64,000 bases of DNA from Saprospiraceae bacterium (GTDB taxonomy: Bacteria > Bacteroidota > Bacteroidia > Chitinophagales > Saprospiraceae). The notes beneath the pieces were generated by a model, which was given only the letters and a program-made list of their open reading frames with translations, was not told the DNA's origin and made no database searches. How positions within the stretch are numbered: position 1 is the first letter of the stretch; every line of letters begins with the position of its first letter. The stretch covers positions 2,621 to 66,620 of the forward strand of contig JARGNR010000005.1 in assembly GCA_029212405.1 (NCBI GenBank), in the 5' to 3' direction. The position numbers and the translations under genes are program-made. Below are positions 10,653 through 20,470 of the stretch, in pieces.

Positions 10653-11261
10653 ATGCCTCAAACAAAAGTATTAATTGTGGAAGATGAACCAGCAATTGCT
10701 CATGACATTGCAGCCATTCTTACCGGAAATGGCTATCATGTGTGTGGAATTGCTCATTCAAGTACCAAAGCCTTGGACTTCTTAATGACCAAATCACCCG
10801 ATATTGCTTTATTGGACATTTCCATCAAAGGGGATAAAGATGGCATCGAAATCGCCCACATCATCAAAAAGAAATACAATATTCCTTTTGTATTTTTAAC
10901 ATCATTCGCGGATCGAGATACTATTGAACGAGTAATGGAAACTGCGCCATATGGATACATAGTAAAACCATTTAAAGAAAGAGACCTCTCTCCAGCCATT
11001 GAGGTTGCCCTATTGAGAAAAACATCCGAGAAAAAATCCTTTCCTACCTTAGATCAATTGAATGAATCATTACCCACAACCATAACAAGCATGGAATACC
11101 AGGTAGTTAAATTGATCTGGAAGGGCTTAAAAAATCAAGAAATTGCGGATGAGTTATTCCTCTCCATCAACACCATAAAAACTCATATATCAAATTTGTA
11201 CACAAAAACAGATACCAATAGTAAAGGTGCTATCATCTCCTTTATTCGAAGTGTAATGTAA
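10653..11261 (+). CDS. response regulator, REC domain plus LuxR/FixJ-type HTH
   Basis: Start re-called to MPQTKVLIVEDEP (ATG at 10653). Phospho-acceptor region LLDISIKG. C-terminal LuxR HTH (EIADELFLSINTIKTHISNLYTK). Confidence 0.8.
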   Translation: MPQTKVLIVEDEPAIAHDIAAILTGNGYHVCGIAHSSTKALDFLMTKSPDIALLDISIKGDKDGIEIAHIIKKKYNIPFVFLTSFADRDTIERVMETAPYGYIVKPFKERDLSPAIEVALLRKTSEKKSFPTLDQLNESLPTTITSMEYQVVKLIWKGLKNQEIADELFLSINTIKTHISNLYTKTDTNSKGAIISFIRSVM

Positions 11262-11336
11262 GTCAAATGTCATCTTCTATCAAAAAATGAATCTACTCTC
11301 CTATTTATATGGGTGCCATACCGTAATTTTACACTT

Positions 11337-11669
11337 ATGACGAGTGGAGTTAATAAAACATGTAAACGGTGTCAAAATAAAATCTTGTGTAATGTCGAAG
11401 ATATTGCAAATTGTGCATGTTCTGCTTTGGTATTATCGAAACAAACTCGGGACTTCTTAAAAGAGACCTTTTTTGACTGCCTCTGTAATCCTTGCTTAAA
11501 AGAAATTGAATCCCTAGTGGAAAAAGCTCATGCCACCACCACCAAACCAACAGAAAATATTCATTACTACATCGACAAAGGACTTTTAGTTTTCTCAGAG
11601 CTCAACCATATTCAAAGAGGATATTGTTGTAAAAGTAAGTGTCGACATTGTGCGTATGGATATAGTTAA
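11337..11669 (+). CDS. cysteine-rich small protein (CWC-type Cys cluster N-terminus; C-terminal CCKSKCRHC motif)
   Basis: 14 Cys in about 110 aa (CKRCQNKILCNVEDIANCAC..., CLCNPC, CCKSKCRHC). An alternative GTG start lies at 11313. Confidence 0.5.
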   Translation: MTSGVNKTCKRCQNKILCNVEDIANCACSALVLSKQTRDFLKETFFDCLCNPCLKEIESLVEKAHATTTKPTENIHYYIDKGLLVFSELNHIQRGYCCKSKCRHCAYGYS

Positions 11670-11684
11670 TTATAGCAATTCATA

Positions 11685-11711
11685 GGGATATTCAGTAATA
11701 CCGAATATCCC
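11685..11711 (+). terminator. hairpin downstream of the Cys-rich gene (possible terminator)
   Basis: Perfect 9-bp stem gggatattc / gaatatccc with a 9-nt loop, 16 nt after the stop codon. Only a weak T-tract follows. Confidence 0.35.
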
Positions 11712-11971
11712 CAATTTCATTAGGACTAGCGGCCTTACACCTGAAAATATCACCCCTTTCTTAAGGCTTTCTCCTTAAATTCGAGGTAAGTATTTTAACC
11801 GAGTTATTTCGCCGTGAATGGCGTTCATTTTCTGGCTTGGCGCAGAAGTCAAACCAAAAGAACCCAAGGCTTTACCCAGATCTTAACGCATTTTAAAATT
11901 CCCAAATTAAATTTTCAAAAAATCACTGAAATCATAAAAGAATTGAGCTAGAAAAAATAGTATTCAATCTA

Positions 11972-12976
11972 CTAGCCATAAAATACCGTGATCATAAAAT
12001 CCCTTAGAATCGCTCTACCCTCCATGTTTCTTGCACCTACCCCTTTTGACTTTAAATCTGCCTGTTTCAATGCTTCAAAAATTTTAATCAATCGTTGACC
12101 TTTGAAGTTTTTGGCTGCAATTCGATAATCTTTCACAAAATAAGGTGTAGGTAAGCCGAGTAAGCCTTTCAGTTCATTGTCATTCTTTTTACCATGATAT
12201 GCAGCTATATACACTTTTGAAAAATAACCATAAAGGTTGGACAAGACCATGACCAAAGGATTGGATTTGGGGTTGGCAGCAAAATAATCGACTATTCTAA
12301 ATACTTTCTCTGTATTCATGGTACCAATTGCTTTTTGGAGCTCGAATACATTGTAATCTTTACTGATTCCTACCATCTCTTTGATCAAATCAGCCGAAAT
12401 GGTCCGTTCTTCTTTTAGATTAACAATTACCTTATCCATTTCATTAGCAATCTTATTCAAATCTGTACCTAAAAATTCTGCCGTCATCATGGCCGCATCG
12501 GGAGCAATAGAAAATCCTTTTTCCAACACATAGTTACTTACCCAGCTGGATACTTGGTTATCGTATAATTTTTTTGACTCAAACAAAACACCATTTGCTT
12601 TGATCGCTTTCGCCAATTTCGTTCTAGAGTCAAACTTTTTATGCTTGTGGTTTATAACTACAATCGACTGTGGAGATGGATTCTCAGCATAGGTGACAAG
12701 ATTTTTAAGCGTCCTCATATCCTGTGCCTCTTTTATCACCACCACTCGATAACTCGACATCATTGGAAATTGCCTCGCTTCATCTACGACTGTTTTGAAT
12801 TCAGTATCTTTCCCATATAATACCGCTTGATTGAAAGCTTTTTCCCCTTCATCCAGCACATTTTTCTCTATATAATTTGAAATTTTATCAATATAATATG
12901 ACTCATCCCCGTGGAGGAGATAGATTGGACTGTATTTTTTACTTTTTAGATCTTTAAGTATAGCGTCGAATGTCAA
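11972..12976 (-). CDS. holA: DNA polymerase III subunit delta
   Basis: 334 aa. N-terminus ...KKYSPIYLLHGDESYYIDKIS is typical of HolA, as are the length and helical C-terminal domain. Confidence 0.8.
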   Translation of the reverse strand: MTFDAILKDLKSKKYSPIYLLHGDESYYIDKISNYIEKNVLDEGEKAFNQAVLYGKDTEFKTVVDEARQFPMMSSYRVVVIKEAQDMRTLKNLVTYAENPSPQSIVVINHKHKKFDSRTKLAKAIKANGVLFESKKLYDNQVSSWVSNYVLEKGFSIAPDAAMMTAEFLGTDLNKIANEMDKVIVNLKEERTISADLIKEMVGISKDYNVFELQKAIGTMNTEKVFRIVDYFAANPKSNPLVMVLSNLYGYFSKVYIAAYHGKKNDNELKGLLGLPTPYFVKDYRIAAKNFKGQRLIKIFEALKQADLKSKGVGARNMEGRAILRDFMITVFYG

Positions 12977-13049
12977 ATCTAATCAGGTTTGTGAGTGCGA
13001 ATATATTCAAAATAAATATGATATAATGATTACTCCCCTGAATAGTATT

Positions 13050-13496
13050 TTAATAATTCACGTATCTAAGATGTATTCCAAATAAGGGTCTGAATTCTAA
13101 CGCATCATTGAAAAAGTAGGTAGGTAGAAGATCCAATCCAATGTTTATTTTTTTATAAATTGCCAATATTCCTAACTGAGGCCCCATCCCTAAAGCAGAC
13201 GCATCACCTATTACTCCTTTCACCCCAAAACCGTAGTAAAATTGAATCGACTCATCTTCTTTTAAAAGCACATGACGATGGTATGCCGCTCCTGCTCCAA
13301 TTGTATATTCTGGTTGAGGGGTCACTACCCCTACAGTACCTTCTATATAATTGAACTTATCTAATGAAAATTTAGAAGAGAACTCTAGTGTTTCTATACT
13401 TGCTCTGGCACCGATAAGCGAAACTACTTTTTGGGCATTTAAGGGAAGCTGTAAAAACCCAAATAAGGCCATAATCAATATAATTCTCACATTCAC
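13050..13496 (-). CDS. small outer-membrane beta-barrel-like protein (hypothetical)
   Basis: Signal peptide ending NAQ. Gly/aromatic-rich alternating pattern. C-terminal aromatic residue (..LRYVNY). Confidence 0.45.
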   Translation of the reverse strand: MNVRIILIMALFGFLQLPLNAQKVVSLIGARASIETLEFSSKFSLDKFNYIEGTVGVVTPQPEYTIGAGAAYHRHVLLKEDESIQFYYGFGVKGVIGDASALGMGPQLGILAIYKKINIGLDLLPTYFFNDALEFRPLFGIHLRYVNY

Positions 13497-13576
13497 TCTT
13501 TTAAGTTTTGGTGCATGAGCGTATGTATATCAAATACCGTGCGACAAATAAGCATGTTCCCTCTTCAACTCTTTTG

Positions 13577-16500
13577 TCAATCCAGGATCTCAATTGTGTT
13601 TGACATCCGTAATTCACCTAAATTCGTAAAGGCTTTTGATACCAATCCATTTTTATTGCCTTCAAACTTTACATTATCCATTTCCAGCATACCATTATTT
13701 AAAAGTGCTCCTCCATTTGAACTTGCAAATCCATTGATTAATGCCATATCAGATATCAAGACTGTCACCCCAGCACTTATGTTAAAAATCCTATTTGAAT
13801 TTCCACCGGAAAGAGTGAAACTATTTATTCCAAACCCAGCAATGCTCATATTATCTGTGACATCAATTTCACTATTTAAAATGATTGTCGCATTTAATAA
13901 ACTTGCGTCAAATTGAATAATATCTCCAGGACAAGCATTTTCAACTAGGTACCTCAATGTTCCTGGAGACCCATTGTCTAAAGCAGACGTAACCATCTTC
14001 ACACCAGCTGTACATCCATTCACAGTTACCGTGACATCATTGTTAGAAAACTCACCACAAACAGTGCCCGCCACTACATCCGATTGCAACAAAGAAAAGG
14101 TACTATTGATATAACTGGACAAGTTCACTGCACTCAATACTAACAATCCCTTTACTGTGTACACATCATTGTAATAGGTATTTTCATCTGATAAATCAGC
14201 TTCATCCTCAATCGCTATGATGTTACCCGCTGCGTTATAGATTACATATTTGTATACAAATCCAGTTGGTATAACATCCGCTGATAGAAGCGTTCCCGAA
14301 CCACTACTTGATATTGTTACTGTATAAGCTCCAGTCTCATTGGTAAACAATCCTGAAACTGTTTTTTCAATGATGTCGCCTTCATTCAGTGTCACAGAAA
14401 CAGTGCTACCAACTGATATATTGGGAGAATTAAACGTAGCGTTGGAAGCCAACCAATTGAGGCAATTGGAAGTGGGTACATATTCATCTTCATATACATT
14501 TACAATCTCAATAAAATTACCAGACACATTAAACGTATAGGTATCAGCAGCACTAGCGATATATTTATAGGTGTCGTAAAATGGATTTTGACCAATGGCT
14601 ACACAATTCCCACTACTTGATTCTTCAGCAATTAAATTGGCGGTAGGATCAGAACCTTCAATGTCCCCTGCGACAGATGTTATTTCAGCTCCCGCTATTG
14701 ATAATTCCAAATTAAGAGATGGATCGCCAGCATCTGCTGTGACATCATCGTCATTGACAATCGTACTTGAATTGGTTACACAAGAAGAAATTATGGTGAT
14801 ATCCCCTTTGTTAATACTAAAGAATATATTGTTCACCGCTTCAATTTTAATTCGACCTTCTTCTGTTGAATTCCCAGGCATGGTCACTGAATGTGAACCA
14901 TCGTTTTCTGTATTCGACGCAAGTGTGATAGGAAACGTATTTCCCCCATCATTCGAAAAAAGAATATTTACATGAGTACAGGAAATAGGAGACATATCCG
15001 TATTTCCAACCAACCAAGAAACGGAGACGGTTTCTCCAGCAAGATAGGCAGTTGGTGAATTTGCTGTACTTACTTCAAAAGGACCTGAATTGCCATCTAC
15101 AGTTATAGTTACATCTTCATAAGAAACACCACTTATCCCATTGGCATCAATACCTCTTGCTGAAAAACGCATATCAATTGTACGTCCTACTTCTGGCAGG
15201 ATTTCACCCATGGTCTGCGTATCGTCCAAGATATCGGATAATTGAGGAAAATACCTCATCCCTCCCCCTGCTGAGGGGTCAAAGCTTCTAAATAATGGTG
15301 CAGTTGTACTATTTGCTGCATCATTGGGTTCTCCATTTGGACAAGATAAACTAAGATTATCTGTATCTACTTCTTCCCATGAAAGGAGCAATGGATCTCC
15401 ATCTGCATCCGTAACCGTCGCAGAAAGATAGAATGGGGTCTCTTTAGGTATTGTTTTACTTGCTGGCATTGTGATTGCTGGAGGAGAATTTCCTGTGCTA
15501 GTAGAAGAATAACAATTACCGGAACCAGAAACAAAATTTTGAATCTGCTCTATACTATAACTGTGAAAATAATAGAAATCTGCCTCGGGTTGAATGTTTT
15601 GACTCGCACAAGATCCACTTGAACCACAAGAACCCTCATAACTCATGAGGCTATTTCCAGACCCAGGTTCAACGCCATTGCCAATAGATCGTTGTGACCC
15701 TGCACAATTACCTGTAGTACCATAAAATGTATGTGTCGCTGAAAATTGGTGTCCGATTTCATGGGCAAAAGTTTCCATCCAAAAACTATTAGGATATGGT
15801 CCTCCCGCACCTGTCCAACCTCTAGCTTTTGAAGACGATGAACATACTACACCCAAACTTGCAACACCACTACTCCACCACCCTGATGAAGGTGGATTCA
15901 TCTCATAGAATACATGTCCAATGTCATAGTTTGCGCTTCCTATCTCAGCATTTATTACGGATTGTGCTGTATTTAGTTTTGTAGTGTTATTAGAAGGATT
16001 AAGGCCATCCGTATTAGGATCAAAGAATATGATATCATCATTATCCGCCGTAAGCTCAAAGGTTATTGCAGCATCTCTTTCATAAAGCGTATTAAGTAAG
16101 GTTAGATAATCTGAAATAATTCCATTGATGGTCGCCAAATTATTGCCATGTTTGGCTGAAAATTCACCCGAAGAAGCAATTGCTATAGTGTATTTCCTTT
16201 CATTACTTCCTATAGATGTTCGCTCATCAGACTTCTTGGGACTTTTAAAATTGGAATGATCTGTTCCACAAGAGAAATTATTTAATTCACCTTTTTGATA
16301 GTTATAAGCCTTATGCAAGCTTCCTTCTACATTTTCTATAAATACATTCCCCTTTTTAGTATAAAGAAGAGCACTAATTCCTTTTGACGAAATAGACATT
16401 CTGCCTGAGATAAATTTGTCCTTCACCCCTCTAACTTTATACGATCGATTTTCAGGATATCGGTCATAAATGGCTTGAGCCACAACTGGTGCTTCGGCTA

Positions 16501-16741
16501 CTTCAACTTCATGATAACTCCCATCTGCAAGAGGTAATTCCATAAGTATCCACTCATTTCCTTGATCAAAACGAGGAGCACTTTTCAATACATCTTTCAC
16601 TTTTTTAGTGGAAAGTTCAAATACAAAAGCATCATCCACTTGTTCTTCTAGCACAACTTCTCCTGTCAATTCGGCCATAGGAGATTGCGCAAAAGTTACA
16701 AATGATGATAACAGAAACAGTAGAAATAGTGTGTATCTCAT
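13577..16741 (-). CDS. large secreted zinc metalloprotease (reprolysin/M12B-like HExxH) with Ig-like middle domains and a C-terminal beta-helix (CSLREA-like) module
   Basis: Start re-called to MRYTLFLLFLLSSFVTFAQ (ATG at 16741). Zinc motif FAHEIGHQFSATHTF. C-terminal GTLRYLVENACPGDIIQFD... module. No T9SS C-terminal domain recognised. Confidence 0.75.
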   Translation of the reverse strand: MRYTLFLLFLLSSFVTFAQSPMAELTGEVVLEEQVDDAFVFELSTKKVKDVLKSAPRFDQGNEWILMELPLADGSYHEVEVAEAPVVAQAIYDRYPENRSYKVRGVKDKFISGRMSISSKGISALLYTKKGNVFIENVEGSLHKAYNYQKGELNNFSCGTDHSNFKSPKKSDERTSIGSNERKYTIAIASSGEFSAKHGNNLATINGIISDYLTLLNTLYERDAAITFELTADNDDIIFFDPNTDGLNPSNNTTKLNTAQSVINAEIGSANYDIGHVFYEMNPPSSGWWSSGVASLGVVCSSSSKARGWTGAGGPYPNSFWMETFAHEIGHQFSATHTFYGTTGNCAGSQRSIGNGVEPGSGNSLMSYEGSCGSSGSCASQNIQPEADFYYFHSYSIEQIQNFVSGSGNCYSSTSTGNSPPAITMPASKTIPKETPFYLSATVTDADGDPLLLSWEEVDTDNLSLSCPNGEPNDAANSTTAPLFRSFDPSAGGGMRYFPQLSDILDDTQTMGEILPEVGRTIDMRFSARGIDANGISGVSYEDVTITVDGNSGPFEVSTANSPTAYLAGETVSVSWLVGNTDMSPISCTHVNILFSNDGGNTFPITLASNTENDGSHSVTMPGNSTEEGRIKIEAVNNIFFSINKGDITIISSCVTNSSTIVNDDDVTADAGDPSLNLELSIAGAEITSVAGDIEGSDPTANLIAEESSSGNCVAIGQNPFYDTYKYIASAADTYTFNVSGNFIEIVNVYEDEYVPTSNCLNWLASNATFNSPNISVGSTVSVTLNEGDIIEKTVSGLFTNETGAYTVTISSSGSGTLLSADVIPTGFVYKYVIYNAAGNIIAIEDEADLSDENTYYNDVYTVKGLLVLSAVNLSSYINSTFSLLQSDVVAGTVCGEFSNNDVTVTVNGCTAGVKMVTSALDNGSPGTLRYLVENACPGDIIQFDASLLNATIILNSEIDVTDNMSIAGFGINSFTLSGGNSNRIFNISAGVTVLISDMALINGFASSNGGALLNNGMLEMDNVKFEGNKNGLVSKAFTNLGELRMSNTIEILD

Positions 16742-16909
16742 GTTTAAATAAAATTTAGTCTGACTTAAAAACATTGGGATTACAAATGCAAAAGGGGTAG
16801 ACCACAAATATATAAAAAATATTTACTGCATTACAAAATGGTAATCAGATATTTAATTCAAAATTATGCAATAAAAGAAGAATATAAAGAGTAGGCTTTA
16901 AACGTATTA

Positions 16910-17632
16910 TCAGACTTTTTTAAGTTCATTTTGATACATCTGAATTGTATTTTTAAGTCCATAGTACAACGCATCACATACCAGCGCATGCCCAATTGAA
17001 ACCTCCAATAGATTAGGTAAATTCTGTTTAAAGAAATGAAGATTCTTCAAATTGAGATCATGTCCTGCATTAACCCCCAAGCCGATTTTGTTGCAATGTT
17101 GTGCAGCAGAAGCAAATGGAGCAATTGCTTTTTCCCGATCTTGGCTAAAATTATGCGCATAAGGTCCTGTATAAAATTCTATTCGATCTGTATTCAGTTC
17201 CTTAGCTCCGTCCAACAAATGCTCTTCTGGATTGATAAATAAGCTTACACGGATTCCATGGTCCTTTAATTCTTTGATTACATCTACAAGAAATTCTTTC
17301 TGTCCTATTGTGTCCCATCCATTGTCAGAAGTAAGTGCTCCAGGTAAATCAGGGACCAAGGTGCATTGATGAGGTTGTACAGCAATAACTTGATCTAAAA
17401 ACTGACGAGATGGATAACCTTCAATATTAAATTCTGTTGTCACTCTTTCTTTCAAGGGAGCCAGATCATCGTATCTGATGTGTCTTTGATCTGGTCTGGG
17501 ATGAACAGTAATACCCTCTGCACCAAATGCTTCACAATCTCTTGCTATCGTTAAAAGGTTTGGATAGTTTGCCCCTCTTGAATTTCTAATTAGAGCAATT
17601 TTATTAATATTTACACTAAGTTTAGCCTCCAT
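16910..17632 (-). CDS. pdxJ: pyridoxine 5'-phosphate synthase
   Basis: 240 aa. N-terminus LSVNINKIALIRNSRG and HPRPDQRHI match the PdxJ TIM barrel. Confidence 0.9.
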   Translation of the reverse strand: MEAKLSVNINKIALIRNSRGANYPNLLTIARDCEAFGAEGITVHPRPDQRHIRYDDLAPLKERVTTEFNIEGYPSRQFLDQVIAVQPHQCTLVPDLPGALTSDNGWDTIGQKEFLVDVIKELKDHGIRVSLFINPEEHLLDGAKELNTDRIEFYTGPYAHNFSQDREKAIAPFASAAQHCNKIGLGVNAGHDLNLKNLHFFKQNLPNLLEVSIGHALVCDALYYGLKNTIQMYQNELKKV

Positions 17633-17770
17633 AATCCTGATTATTTAAGCACAAAATTATGAAATATTACTGCCGTTTTTTGTCATTTTTATTTAATCTG
17701 TTTTTTAGTCGTACATTTCGTGCCCAATAACTCAAAATTATAAGTCCAATCCTATATCTTGTCATTCGAA

Positions 17771-19267
17771 ATGAGAAAAGAAGTAAAATATTATTTAGAA
17801 GATACATCGAGATTAGAAGAAATCTCAAAGTCAGAATTAGATTCATGGATCGCTGAAATGCCTTTCCATCAACCATTACATTTATTGGCGTCAATCAAAT
17901 CTGAAATGGAAGGACATCAATCTGACAATGACAATACATCCCATGCAGCTTATTTTGCAGAAGATTTTGAAAACATAGCAGAACTAAAATCTAAAAAGAA
18001 AGCAAAAAAAGTAAAGCAGGAGTCCTCTCCTTCTCTAGCATCGGATTCCTCAACCAGTCATCCAGTAATTGAAGAGATCTCAGATGGTGCAATAGCCCTG
18101 AACCAAGATACTGAAGAGAAAATAACATCCGAAGAAATTGTTGAGGAGGATGTTCAAGTCAGAGAAATTTCTAGTGAATTAGCGGATGATGTGTTGGAAG
18201 AAAATGTAATTACTGAAATATTGGAGGAAAACATCGAGCCTGTAGTGTCAGTCTCTTCAATTGTGGAAGATGAGCCTACAATCCTTGAAGAAACTGAAAC
18301 TGAAGAAGATCCTTTATTGCATAATCAAGCAGGTCCAATTCAAAGCCAAGAAACTCCCTTAGATCCGGAGCAACAACTGGTTGCAAAGGAACAGTCAAAG
18401 AATAATGAAGATATCGAAGAGGAAGAAGATATAATAGACATAGAAGATAATAAAACTTCTAAAGTGGACTATTCTTCCTATAAAAACTTAGAGCCTAGCA
18501 CTAAATCAAAAGAAACTGAAGACATTGAGCTAGAAGAGGAAGCTACTTCAATCAAATTAGAACCACTTAAATTAGATAGGAAGAAAGCAAAAAAGAAAAA
18601 GAAAAAGAAGAAGAAAAAGAAAAAAGCAGCTATCCTAGAAGAAGAAACTAAAACTAAAACAAAGAAGAAGAAGAAGAAGAAGAAGAAGAAGAAGAAGAAG
18701 AAGAAGAAGAAGAAACAAAAAGATAGAAAAGAGCAATCAAAGGAGCTCAAAAAAGAAAAAAAGAAAAAGAGAAAACAAAAAAGAAAAAAAGACAAAAGCA
18801 AAAAGCTTATTGCGGAAACAATTGTAAACAAAACAAAAAAAAGAAAGAAGAAAAAGAAGAAGGGCAAAAAGAAGAAACAAAATAAGAAAGTGGAGTATGT
18901 AATTGTAGATTCCTCCAAAGAAGAAAATTTCAGTTTAAAAGACTATGAAGGGGTGTCTAAATATACAAGCTGGTTACTTGCACAAGAATCTGTAAATGGA
19001 AACAATATAAGTTCAAAGAATATTTCAGCGAAGAAGAAAAAGAAAAAGAAAAAAAAGAAGTCCAAAGTACCTAAGGTTGCAGTCGATTCGATAAAAAAAC
19101 AAGAATCGATTATTTCTGAGCCTCTTGCGAATATTCTTGCTATGCAGGGGCATAAAAAGAAAGCAAAAAAAATGTATCAGCAATTGGCATTTGTACTTCC
19201 AGAAAAAAAGGAATACTTTGAAGAGAAAATAGCAGCTTTGGAAAATTCAAAAAATTCTGAATCATAA
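17771..19267 (+). CDS. hypothetical protein with acidic N-terminal half and extreme poly-lysine central region
   Basis: ATG at 17771 (the ORF track uses TTG at 17759). E/D/S-rich stretch, then runs of up to about 19 consecutive Lys. The C-terminus ANILAMQGHKKKAKKMYQQLAFVLPEKKEYFEEKIAAL looks ordered. Confidence 0.55.
   Translation: MRKEVKYYLEDTSRLEEISKSELDSWIAEMPFHQPLHLLASIKSEMEGHQSDNDNTSHAAYFAEDFENIAELKSKKKAKKVKQESSPSLASDSSTSHPVIEEISDGAIALNQDTEEKITSEEIVEEDVQVREISSELADDVLEENVITEILEENIEPVVSVSSIVEDEPTILEETETEEDPLLHNQAGPIQSQETPLDPEQQLVAKEQSKNNEDIEEEEDIIDIEDNKTSKVDYSSYKNLEPSTKSKETEDIELEEEATSIKLEPLKLDRKKAKKKKKKKKKKKKAAILEEETKTKTKKKKKKKKKKKKKKKKKKQKDRKEQSKELKKEKKKKRKQKRKKDKSKKLIAETIVNKTKKRKKKKKKGKKKKQNKKVEYVIVDSSKEENFSLKDYEGVSKYTSWLLAQESVNGNNISSKNISAKKKKKKKKKKSKVPKVAVDSIKKQESIISEPLANILAMQGHKKKAKKMYQQLAFVLPEKKEYFEEKIAALENSKNSES
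18662..18712. repeat. perfect (AAG)17 trinucleotide microsatellite inside the coding sequence
   Basis: Counted directly: 17 uninterrupted AAG units in the Lys reading frame, flanked by degenerate AAA/AAG/GAA runs from about 18585 to 18890. Confidence 0.9.
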
Positions 19268-19425
19268 AGGGGTTTCAAAGAAGTTGGGTTCAATTCATTC
19301 TATTATATAGTAAAACTCCTGCCGAATTGAATTATATAAAGCTTTAGCACAGGTTTAACTTGAAAATATCCCAAAAAAGTAGTTTCTTTGCGGTTCAATT
19401 TGAAAAAAGTAAAAATTAATATATT

Positions 19426-19689
19426 ATGGTTACTGGATTAACAATTTTAATAACGTTGGTTTGTGTACTATTGATGGCTGTAGTTTTGATTCAAAACCCA
19501 AAAGGTGGAGGAATCGATTCAACTTTTGGAGGCTCAGGTGCAAATCAAATGTTAGGTGCCGCTAAATCTACCGATTTTATCGAAAAACTTACTTGGGGAT
19601 TAGCAATTGCACTTTTTATTCTTTGTATTATTACTGCTATTGTTGTTACTGGTGGTGATGCAGCATCGGCTTCAGGTCCTATCCGATAA
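19426..19689 (+). CDS. secG: preprotein translocase subunit SecG
   Basis: 87 aa with two TM segments and the signature LIQNPKGGG. Confidence 0.85.
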   Translation: MVTGLTILITLVCVLLMAVVLIQNPKGGGIDSTFGGSGANQMLGAAKSTDFIEKLTWGLAIALFILCIITAIVVTGGDAASASGPIR

Positions 19690-19711
19690 CCGCATACTAG
19701 AAGAATTAATG

Positions 19712-19741
19712 AAGCCTGTAATTTTTACAGGCTTTTTTTTT
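19712..19741 (+). terminator. rho-independent terminator of secG
   Basis: Stem aagcctgta / tacaggctt (9 bp) with a 5-nt loop, followed by a T9 run. Confidence 0.7.
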
Positions 19742-20069
19742 GCCCCTATTTTTCATTTTCGTTAACTAATCACATTCCATTTAATAATTCTAAATTCTAC
19801 TATCAGAATTATAAACTTCATGACTCACTTTTTCATAATATGAACTAAAGAAATAAATCTTGAGATTCATATAGTTGATTAACCAATTAGAACGGTGCAA
19901 TAAGAAAGTCTATATCCCAATTAACTCCAATACCATTACTACTATTTCTTCCTTTCCATTTATTTAGTTTTTGAGAAATCGGATAAAAATTATCATCTCC
20001 AATTCTTCATTGTGGAAATAAATTGTTATTTTAGGGTCCCTTATTTTTACACCCCATAAGATCAAAACC

Positions 20070-20432
20070 ATGAAAAGATTTATACCCTTTTTATTTGTCT
20101 TCTCTATTTTAATTATTCCTTTAAAAATTAATTCTGCTATAATTTCCAATAACACTCTTGAAATTGAGCAAAACGGAAACCTTCAAATGGCTTTTCCATC
20201 TGTTATCTTAACAGAAAATGCACTCATTCCAATTCTTACAAATTCAATTGGACCAGAGGTATCAGAAACTGAAGCGAATAATTTTATTGAAAACAACCTT
20301 GCTATTCTGTACACTATTTGTGTGATTTTAGTACTTATTAATTTGGCTGTTCAAATTAAAATCGTGTACCAAATGATTCATTTGTTTTTTCAGTTTAGAC
20401 AGAAAAAAGAAATTCTGAGCTTTAAATTCTGA
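20070..20432 (+). CDS. hypothetical small membrane protein
   Basis: 120-aa ORF with an N-terminal signal/TM segment and a C-terminal TM segment. No similarity recognised. Confidence 0.35.
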   Translation: MKRFIPFLFVFSILIIPLKINSAIISNNTLEIEQNGNLQMAFPSVILTENALIPILTNSIGPEVSETEANNFIENNLAILYTICVILVLINLAVQIKIVYQMIHLFFQFRQKKEILSFKF

Positions 20433-20470
20433 AACAAACTAACGCTAATCTTATTGATAGGAATAAAAAA

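Noticed and set aside
13515-13916. 133-aa plus-strand ORF
   Set aside because: It is entirely antisense to the conserved C-terminal beta-helix module of the metalloprotease.
18478-18918. 146-aa minus-strand ORF rich in poly-Phe
   Set aside because: It is the mirror image of the AAG/AAA poly-Lys tract (TTC/TTT codons), an antisense artefact of low-complexity sequence.
18585-19060. Possible CRISPR or other interspersed repeat array in the A/G-rich region
   Set aside because: The repeats are contiguous mono- and trinucleotide runs inside one reading frame, with no unique spacers. This is not CRISPR-like.
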